Of a DNA stretch of 23,913 bases, positions 16,866-23,913 are shown piece after piece. A program made the position numbers and the translations under genes. A model generated the notes under the pieces. It was given only the letters and a program-made list of their open reading frames with translations. It did no database searches and was not told where the DNA came from. The DNA is from Candidatus Poribacteria bacterium (GTDB lineage Bacteria; Poribacteria; WGA-4E; UBA9662): the NCBI GenBank assembly GCA_046582655.1, contig JAYGDX010000275.1, forward strand, positions 1 through 23,913, given 5' to 3'. Numbering within the stretch: position 1 is the stretch's first letter; the number at the start of each line of letters is the position of its first letter.

Positions 16866-19800
16866 TTAGAGTTGCTCGCCTTCTGAACCGTCAATCTGAT
16901 CAAGTAACTCGGCGACTGCGGTGTTGAGTTGTCGGTCTATCCCTAGGTTCAATTCACCCAGGATACGGTCAACCTCAATATCGACAGGTCTAGCATTCCC
17001 TTCCAGATTTTCGCCGGTTTCTGTGCTAACTTTCATGCGAGGCAAACGAAAGGTCACATTGTTAAGAAGGTGCCAGTTCCATGTCCAGATTACCGCACCG
17101 GAAGTTGGCATACCAACAACTTTTCCTAGACCAAGTGTTTTGAATCCCTGGCTAAACATCTCAGTGTTGCTACCCGAATGTTCATTTGTTATTAGGATTA
17201 GGGGTTTTTGGATAATTCGATTTCCAGCCAAGTTGGAATCAGAAGTTGTCACCAGTTGACGGTAACTTGATTGTGTGTATGCCTTTCGGTTTAGAACATC
17301 AAGAATAAACGGGGCAATATGTCCACCACCGTTAAAGCGAACGTCAATGACAACCCCTTCCTTGTTATGAGTTTCAGTGTCGAGATCAGCGGTAAATTTA
17401 ATATATGCACTGTAAGACATGGAACGAATGTGGGCATAACCAAGACGCCCATTACTTTTTTGGTCTACATAGTCGGCATTCCACCGAACCCAATGCTGAT
17501 AACGAAGTTGACCATGTTTCTTGGCATTGATTGGTTTAACGACTAGCTCTCTGGCTTCCTCAAGTTGGGGTTTGTCGTTGAGGTGTATTTTTATTCGTTT
17601 GCTACTTTTATCCTGTAGTATCCAATTTAAGTTTGACTCTTGATTGATTTCGATTCCGTCAACTGCTACCAGAAATTCCCCTGATTTTGCTGGCTCTGGT
17701 GGTAGGGACAGCGGAGATTCAGGCAACACAAAATTGATTTGGAAATGATTGTGATTTTCAAGTTGATCTCTATCGAAATCAACACCAAGATAACTATCCC
17801 GTGAATTGTATCCTGTTCCTCCTGTTCCAAGATGTGATGCGTTTAATTCGCCAACCATCAGGTTCAGAATTTCTTGAAAATCTGAACCTGTTTGAACCCC
17901 TTGCATGATTGGGCGAAATTGATCGTAAACCTGTTCCCAATTGCAACCATGAAAGTTGGGATCGTAGAAGTAATCACGGATTAGTCGCCACGCTTCGTCG
18001 AAGGATTGTATCTTCTCAAGATGGAAATCAACCTCAAGTTCTGACTGGGTATCGAGTACTTTCTGATCTCCGTCTTTACTACCGTCTTCCTCTATATCGA
18101 GGAAATGGATCCGGCCATTTTCAAGAAAGTGAATCCGTTTGCCATTAGGGGTGAAATATATTTGCCTTTTTTTATCTGCTGACCACGTAAGTTGCTTTGG
18201 TAAATCCCTTTTTTTCTCTTCTTCAAGCGACATGCTCCATAAATTGGGTTGTCCGGTGAATGATGCTTGAAAGATGAGAGTCTTGCTGTCAGGCCGGATC
18301 TGAAGCGCTTGTGCGTTTAGTTTAAAGTCAGTTAGAAAGATAGCTCGTCGCTTAATTGTACCGAGCTCAATCTCAGTGGGTTCAATCTCTTTATTTTTTT
18401 TGGAATCCTTATTTCCATTTTTACTGGTATCAGATTGGTCTTGATCGTTTTTTTCTTCTTTTGGTGTCTCTTCTTTTTGTTTTTCTCCTTCTGACTCTTC
18501 AAAAAGTTTATCAAAATCTTCTTCCTTGAATGTAGGCTGGATTGGTTTAAGATCAACCCGTACAATTTGGTTTTCCGTCCGATATTGGCCTGTGTTGAAG
18601 ATAATGAACTTTCCATTGGGAGACCATACGATATTATGTGAAGAAATGTTACTTAGGAACGTAAGTTGTTGGGAGGATAGGGCCTCAATATTTTGTACAT
18701 ATATGTTTGAAAAGAAGTTGTTATCTTGGGCGATGAAAACTATCCATTGGCTGTCAGGTGACCATTCAAAATCAGTTGGAAAGGGAACGCCTGTGAAAAT
18801 TTGATTGATGATAAATGCGAATTTATCTTCGGTTTGGGTATTGATAAGCCAAATTTCAGTTTTCTCCTGAATATAGGCGAGCCATTTGCCGTCAGGTGAA
18901 TATTTCGGCAGATATTTCTGATCAGGTTGATCTGTTAACTGTTTTTCGACCTGGTCTCTAAAATTGTAGCTGAAGATCTGGTTGTTTCCCAACCGATCCG
19001 AAACGTAAATGATAGAATCACTGTCGGGATGCCAGCTAAGCTGGCTTTCACGAAATGGTGTATCTGTGACTTTGAAGGAGTTACCTCCCTTTTTGATTTT
19101 GTCCCCTTTTTCGCTAAGGTCAGCGAAGATGGATCCGTGTGCAATGAAGGCCACTTTTTTACCGTCAGGTGAAAGATGATATTCGTTGATTTCGCTATTT
19201 GTTGTGTAGTTTCGTACGGGTGAAAATTTCTCATCGGAATTAACAGTTATCTCGATGGGCGTTGCTTGCTGTTGATTGAGATCCAATTTCCAAATCTGAA
19301 AATTCCGTTCAAAGACAATCCAATTCCCTTTGGCTGAAATAGATGGTCGAATCATGCGCAGATCAGTGAAATTCGTAATCTGCTCAGCATCACCATCCCC
19401 ATTCAGCGACATCAACCAAATATTCTCGTGGCTATCCCGATCACTTAGAAAATATATTTTGCTGCCATCTGCGTTCCACATAGGTCTAAGATTTCTGCCT
19501 TGATACTGCGTTAATCGTCGGTGATTGCTTATTCCAGATTCATCGGCAATCCAGATGTCAGAATGTCCTGCTGGATTCTGTCCGTGTCGCCACCACGGAT
19601 GTCCATTGTTGTTAAACGCCAGCGTGCTGCCATCAGGTGAGGTGGCGAGATGATAATAAGTCTCCATCGGATCTCCACCAATTTCAATCGGCGTATTTCC
19701 ATTAACAGAAATTTTGTAAGGGTATCCTCCAATACCACCATAGTTTGAGGTGAAATAAATCCATTTGCTATCCGGTGACCAACAGTCAGGGGGAGACGCT

Positions 19801-20153
19801 CCAGAGTGAAAGGTTAAGCGTGTAGGAGTGTCATTCTGCTCAAGGTCTGTCAGATAAATATTGCCGCCACCTGTGCGGTTGGAAGCGAATGCTAATTTTG
19901 TTCCATCGGGGGAGAAGATTGGATGAGAATCGTAACTTGGATGGGAGGTAATTCGCCTAGCAATTCCGCCATTAGCGCTGACGACCCAGATATCGCCCGT
20001 GTAGGTAAATGCGATTTTGCTGCCATCGGGTGAGATTGAAGCCTGTTTTAAGTACGGTTTCTTTTCAGACTCACTGGATAAATCCAAGGTTTGTTTCGAT
20101 TGCGAGAAGGTTATTTTAAGTAGTGAGAAAAACATCCCACTGGGATTAGTCAT
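16866..20153 (-). CDS. Tricorn-like S41 family protease (PD40 beta-propellers, PDZ, S41 domain)
   Basis: Many (W/F)SPDG repeats, GELNASH, IDVRFNGGG, SGSNTE and GKVVGMPTSG. Confidence 0.95.
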   Translation of the reverse strand: MTNPSGMFFSLLKITFSQSKQTLDLSSESEKKPYLKQASISPDGSKIAFTYTGDIWVVSANGGIARRITSHPSYDSHPIFSPDGTKLAFASNRTGGGNIYLTDLEQNDTPTRLTFHSGASPPDCWSPDSKWIYFTSNYGGIGGYPYKISVNGNTPIEIGGDPMETYYHLATSPDGSTLAFNNNGHPWWRHGQNPAGHSDIWIADESGISNHRRLTQYQGRNLRPMWNADGSKIYFLSDRDSHENIWLMSLNGDGDAEQITNFTDLRMIRPSISAKGNWIVFERNFQIWKLDLNQQQATPIEITVNSDEKFSPVRNYTTNSEINEYHLSPDGKKVAFIAHGSIFADLSEKGDKIKKGGNSFKVTDTPFRESQLSWHPDSDSIIYVSDRLGNNQIFSYNFRDQVEKQLTDQPDQKYLPKYSPDGKWLAYIQEKTEIWLINTQTEDKFAFIINQIFTGVPFPTDFEWSPDSQWIVFIAQDNNFFSNIYVQNIEALSSQQLTFLSNISSHNIVWSPNGKFIIFNTGQYRTENQIVRVDLKPIQPTFKEEDFDKLFEESEGEKQKEETPKEEKNDQDQSDTSKNGNKDSKKNKEIEPTEIELGTIKRRAIFLTDFKLNAQALQIRPDSKTLIFQASFTGQPNLWSMSLEEEKKRDLPKQLTWSADKKRQIYFTPNGKRIHFLENGRIHFLDIEEDGSKDGDQKVLDTQSELEVDFHLEKIQSFDEAWRLIRDYFYDPNFHGCNWEQVYDQFRPIMQGVQTGSDFQEILNLMVGELNASHLGTGGTGYNSRDSYLGVDFDRDQLENHNHFQINFVLPESPLSLPPEPAKSGEFLVAVDGIEINQESNLNWILQDKSSKRIKIHLNDKPQLEEARELVVKPINAKKHGQLRYQHWVRWNADYVDQKSNGRLGYAHIRSMSYSAYIKFTADLDTETHNKEGVVIDVRFNGGGHIAPFILDVLNRKAYTQSSYRQLVTTSDSNLAGNRIIQKPLILITNEHSGSNTEMFSQGFKTLGLGKVVGMPTSGAVIWTWNWHLLNNVTFRLPRMKVSTETGENLEGNARPVDIEVDRILGELNLGIDRQLNTAVAELLDQIDGSEGEQL

Positions 20154-20215
20154 TCACGACTTCCTAATTGACTATAAATTTGTCAGCATTTTCGAGAAAA
20201 TTGTAGATAAAGAGA

Positions 20216-20932
20216 CTATTCAATTTCAAATATAATTTCAACAGTGATTGATATCTCCAATTCACTTGGAGTTTGAATTGGAACCTCTGCGTCAGCCATT
20301 GTAACGTCATATTCTCTTCGTACTACTGGCGGATAATTACCACCAGTCTCGTTAAGACTAATAACTTTTCCAACTTTTACACCTAGGGTCTCGGCCATAC
20401 TTTCTGCCTTCTGCTTGGCATCTTTGACCGCTTCTACACGTGCTTTTTCTCTGACTTTTACTACATCCTCTACCGTGAAATTGATGCCAGAAATATTGTT
20501 TGCTCCTGCTTGAATAGTTGCCTGTAGAATTTCACCAACATGGTTCAGGTTTCGGATGGTGACCGAAATAGTGTTGTTAACCTGAAAGCCAACGATTTGG
20601 TTTGGAGGGTCACGCCGAAAATCACGTTGTGGATATATGTTAAAAGATACGGTTTCAAAATCTGTTTTTGAAACACCCTTTTCTGTGAGTGCTGAAAAGA
20701 TTGCGTTTATCTTTTCATTATTAATATCTACAGCTGTTTTCGCTTTTTCATCAAAGGTTTGCACACCGATGCTGGCATGTATAATATCTGGTGAGGCTTT
20801 GACGATACCTGTTCCTGAGACACGGATTCCTTTACTTTGAGTACTATCTGGAACAATGATGTTGGTATCCGAGCAAGCCATCAGCACTGTCATCAAAACA
20901 GAAATAATTATGCTGGCATGCTTGGTAAACAT
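20216..20932 (-). CDS. SIMPL (DUF541) domain lipoprotein
   Basis: VSGTGIVKASPD, GANNISGINF and AVKDAKQKAESMA motifs; lipobox LMA-C; AGGAG RBS before ATG 20932. Confidence 0.9.
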   Translation of the reverse strand: MFTKHASIIISVLMTVLMACSDTNIIVPDSTQSKGIRVSGTGIVKASPDIIHASIGVQTFDEKAKTAVDINNEKINAIFSALTEKGVSKTDFETVSFNIYPQRDFRRDPPNQIVGFQVNNTISVTIRNLNHVGEILQATIQAGANNISGINFTVEDVVKVREKARVEAVKDAKQKAESMAETLGVKVGKVISLNETGGNYPPVVRREYDVTMADAEVPIQTPSELEISITVEIIFEIE

Positions 20933-20966
20933 TTTATTTTCTCCTAAAAACATCCTAAAGTTCATG

Positions 20967-22775
20967 TTACTGGGACAACATTGCGAGTTGTCGTTTCGCT
21001 TCTGCGTGATTTGGTTCAATTCTTAATACTTGCCGTAGCGGCTTCAAAGCAAATTGATAGTTCTTTGTGTCGATTTGAACCATTGCATGGTCATAGTAAG
21101 CTTCAAGATATTCTGGATTTAACTCGGTTGATTTTTGGAGCGCTTTGATTGCTCGTTCTGGTTGATTTTTCATCCTGTAAGCGACACCAATTTTGTGGTG
21201 GATCTCATGCGAGTCTTGGTTTATAGTTGCTGCTCTCTCAAGCATCTCAAGTGCATTATCAGCGTCATTTTTTCCCAGGTATGAAACGCCAATTTTATAT
21301 CTGGCATCGCTGTTGCCTGGATCAAGCCGAACGGATTCGTGATATTGCTCAATTGCCAGTTCAGATTCTTCCTGTAGTTCGTAGACGATTCCTAGGTTGT
21401 AATGAGTTTGCGCATCTTTTGAATTTATTTCAATTGCTCTTTTATAATGGATAATTGATTGATCAAAGTCAGTTAACACATGGTAGACAAGGCCAAGATC
21501 AAATTGAATTTTGGCCTTGTTAGGATCTAAGTCTGCTGCTCTTTGGTGAGATTCAAGTGCTGCATCGAAGATTGCCATCTTCATGTAAACCAGACCAATA
21601 TTGTTGTGGGTATTTGCTAATTCTGGGTTGAGTTCAATCGCTTTTTTATAGTGTTCAAGTGCCTCTTCAAATTTCTCTTCCGTTTGGTGAGCGACACCGA
21701 TATTATTGTGTGTCACTGCGTCATTTGGATTCAGAGATAATGATTTTTCATAGTGTTCAATTGCTTTTTCGTATGACTTTGCCTGCCCATAAGCGGCGGC
21801 AATGTTGTTGTGTATAATGTGGTTATTGACGCTAAAACTTAGTGCCTGTTCAAAGTGTCTGGCAGCAGATAAGTAATCTTTCTTATGATAATATGCCATG
21901 CCGAGACGATAATACACTTGCAGATTGTCGTCGGTTTGACCGAGTGATTCTTGTAATGCGTTAATAGCAGCATTGTAATCTTCGGTCTCAATGTTAGCAA
22001 TACCAATATAGTAATTCACCAAGTTCTTATTTGGACGAAGACGCTTTGCATGCTCATAGGCTTCTATCGCCTCATCATATCTGCCAAGATAATGGTAGCA
22101 AAGGCCAAGATGATGTTGAGTTCTCGCCAGATCAGGATTTAAGGTGATGGCTTGTTTGAATAACTTTGATGCTTGTTCGTATTCCTGTTGTTTATAAAGA
22201 ATTTCTCCAAGTCTTTCGTATGCTTGAATGAGTGTTGGTTTGAGCTTGATTGCTTGATGATAACATAGAGTTGCTTGGTCTACTTGATCTCGTCTTTCGT
22301 AAATTCTCCCAAGTCGATACTGTGCCGTTGCCTGTTCAGGATCAAGTTCAATGGTTTTTTCGTAATTTCCAAAAGCTTTATCAAAATCGTTTTTTCTGTA
22401 GAAAAGGGAACCAAGATTATAATACGAACTGGGTTGGTCTGGGTCTAGACGAATTGCCCTTTTATAGGCTTGAACTGCCTGCTGCTCTTTGCCGATTCTC
22501 TGATAGACCGATCCAAGATTATTGTAGGTATTGGCATAATCGGGACGAAGTTGAATCGATTTTTTTAAGCAAGCAAGTGCGTGATTATATCTTTTCTGAT
22601 AAAAGTAGGCTGAACCAAGATTATAGTATGTGGTAGCATCTTCTTCATTCTGATAGATTAGCTTTTTACTGGATGATATTATTTGCTCCAAATCAGGCTG
22701 ACTTTTTCGACTAAAGTTAACAACAGCTTTCTCGCTACTGACAACTAATGCATTTGTTGGGGTTTCGTCCGCCAC
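20967..22775 (-). CDS. Tetratricopeptide repeat protein (~16 tandem TPRs, no other evident domain)
   Basis: 34-aa repeats of the form YxNLGxxY...AIxLxP throughout; AGGAG RBS before GTG. Confidence 0.95.
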   Translation of the reverse strand: MADETPTNALVVSSEKAVVNFSRKSQPDLEQIISSSKKLIYQNEEDATTYYNLGSAYFYQKRYNHALACLKKSIQLRPDYANTYNNLGSVYQRIGKEQQAVQAYKRAIRLDPDQPSSYYNLGSLFYRKNDFDKAFGNYEKTIELDPEQATAQYRLGRIYERRDQVDQATLCYHQAIKLKPTLIQAYERLGEILYKQQEYEQASKLFKQAITLNPDLARTQHHLGLCYHYLGRYDEAIEAYEHAKRLRPNKNLVNYYIGIANIETEDYNAAINALQESLGQTDDNLQVYYRLGMAYYHKKDYLSAARHFEQALSFSVNNHIIHNNIAAAYGQAKSYEKAIEHYEKSLSLNPNDAVTHNNIGVAHQTEEKFEEALEHYKKAIELNPELANTHNNIGLVYMKMAIFDAALESHQRAADLDPNKAKIQFDLGLVYHVLTDFDQSIIHYKRAIEINSKDAQTHYNLGIVYELQEESELAIEQYHESVRLDPGNSDARYKIGVSYLGKNDADNALEMLERAATINQDSHEIHHKIGVAYRMKNQPERAIKALQKSTELNPEYLEAYYDHAMVQIDTKNYQFALKPLRQVLRIEPNHAEAKRQLAMLSQ

Positions 22776-23566
22776 GAATTAGACTCCTAAAATCAAACGT
22801 CGAATGTGTTCGGAATTTTCAATTCCATACACCAAATCTTTAGGTGATATGATGTTGAAAGAAATACCATATTTTTTCCATGTTGTGTTTGGAAACTGTA
22901 ACCTACAATCCGTAATCTGGTTTCATGTTTCCCATGTAAGTGCGATTCGATTCAGCAATCAATGAGCCTACTTAATCCCCTTGCGTGGTAATCAGCATCT
23001 CCTCCTGCGAATCGTAGGAAGCAGTAGGTAGATGTAAGTGAAACTAATGCTGTTTGTTCGTAAATATTCTGCGACATTCAACGCTTGTGATGCAATACTT
23101 TCTGAAAAAGCAAAATCCGCTGTTTACAGTTGAAGATCGATTTTCGGTGACTACTCAAGATCGTAACCGAAAAAATCCACTGCTTAGAACTAAAAGTGAA
23201 CTGAATTCAAGTCTTTGCGCTATGAACCATTTTTGTGCTAGGGTTTCCAAGTTAACAAAAGAAAATTTGACCATGGCGACAGCGTATTCCAAAATTTGAG
23301 CGATTGGTGTTCGGATCGCTCTCCAACGTCTCAGTTCAATAAACTTAGCAATTCCCATGCCGATCTAGAGCGAGTAGATCAAGCCGACGAGATAGATTGA
23401 CTAATACTTGCCGACTGATAACCAAAAATTTTACCAAATAACGGAGTTTCGTTCTGTTCAAGCAGGCTTGTAAAGGTATGTTCTTCATCAAATTGTAGTG
23501 ATTCGAGGTGACGAAAACCTATACTTTACCCAACGGTAAGCTTGCATTTGGCACGGCACACAAATG

Positions 23567-23913
23567 TCATGGGATTTTTCGTAGGATCGAGACAAGAGCA
23601 ATCTTTAGAATTAATAGGATTGTTGCAGGGAACATAAAGTAGCCTGCAAGTTCTTTGTGCCGGATAAATTCTGTCGTCTCGATTTTGGTGGTTTCAAGCT
23701 GATTGATTTCCTGGTATATTTCAGCAAGTTTATGTTCATCAGTTGCTCGGAAATAACGCCCATTAGTGATTTCTGCAATCTGTTTTAGTGATTCTTCGTC
23801 AACATACGCACGGATTGGTCGATACCGTTTTCCAAATATGGGATCATGATATGGTATCAAGGCGCCTTCCTCCGTGCCAACACCGATAGTATAAACCTTA
23901 ATGCCAATTGTCT
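23567..23913 (-). CDS. VWA-domain protein, BatA-like (3' part; gene extends beyond the window)
   Basis: Frame is open to the window edge: GIKVYTIGVG...DEESLKQIAEITNGRYFRATD...IYQEINQLE, followed by a C-terminal TM and LRKIP. Confidence 0.9.
   Translation of the reverse strand, partial: TIGIKVYTIGVGTEEGALIPYHDPIFGKRYRPIRAYVDEESLKQIAEITNGRYFRATDEHKLAEIYQEINQLETTKIETTEFIRHKELAGYFMFPATILLILKIALVSILRKIP

Noticed and set aside
20933..21019. N-terminal extension of the SIMPL ORF
   Set aside because: It overlaps the TPR gene end, while ATG 20932 has an AGGAG RBS and a lipoprotein signal.
1514..22636. Numerous short antisense or alternate-frame ORFs in the track (e.g. 1718..1996, 6162..6461, 15317..15658, 16921..17259, 22250..22636)
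   Set aside because: They overlap well-supported genes and show no motifs, so they are shadow ORFs.
23054..23358. Overlapping opposite-strand ORFs of 81 and 67 aa
   Set aside because: No RBS or recognisable domain and they conflict with each other; neither is supportable as a CDS.
1..23913. tRNA (including tRNA-Sec), rRNA, CRISPR array or intact transposase
   Set aside because: None recognised by eye. A tRNAscan-SE/Infernal run would be needed to exclude them formally.

Overview
Bacterial chromosomal window using the standard code (TGA is a normal stop in several genes). The style suggests a marine, low-GC organism such as Poribacteria, but that is only an impression. From ~5 kb onward it is mostly housekeeping or metabolic: thiD, pncB, glnS, Gfo/Idh/MocA oxidoreductase, gltX, Ca/Na antiporter, TIM-barrel isomerase, class I glutamine amidotransferase, HAD hydrolase, tricorn-type S41 protease, SIMPL lipoprotein, a long TPR protein and a partial BatA-like VWA gene. 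The first 4.2 kb is the unusual part. (1) A minus-strand operon runs YHS-TlpA thioredoxin > BlaI/CopY repressor > Cys-rich M56 sensor peptidase > His-rich outer-membrane barrel. Its consensus sigma70 promoter has a perfect palindrome as its spacer. The barrel gene is mis-started in the ORF track: it most likely begins at ATG 1956 with a signal peptide, then two in-frame TGA codons (U-G-A-U, a UxxU motif) followed at once by a SECIS-like hairpin, making it a candidate double-selenocysteine exported protein. (2) A decayed FGE-sulfatase/CLec gene has a 3' end that looks like a DGR variable region with a GAA-loop hairpin. (3) A ~320-nt multi-hairpin non-coding element sits at the window edge.
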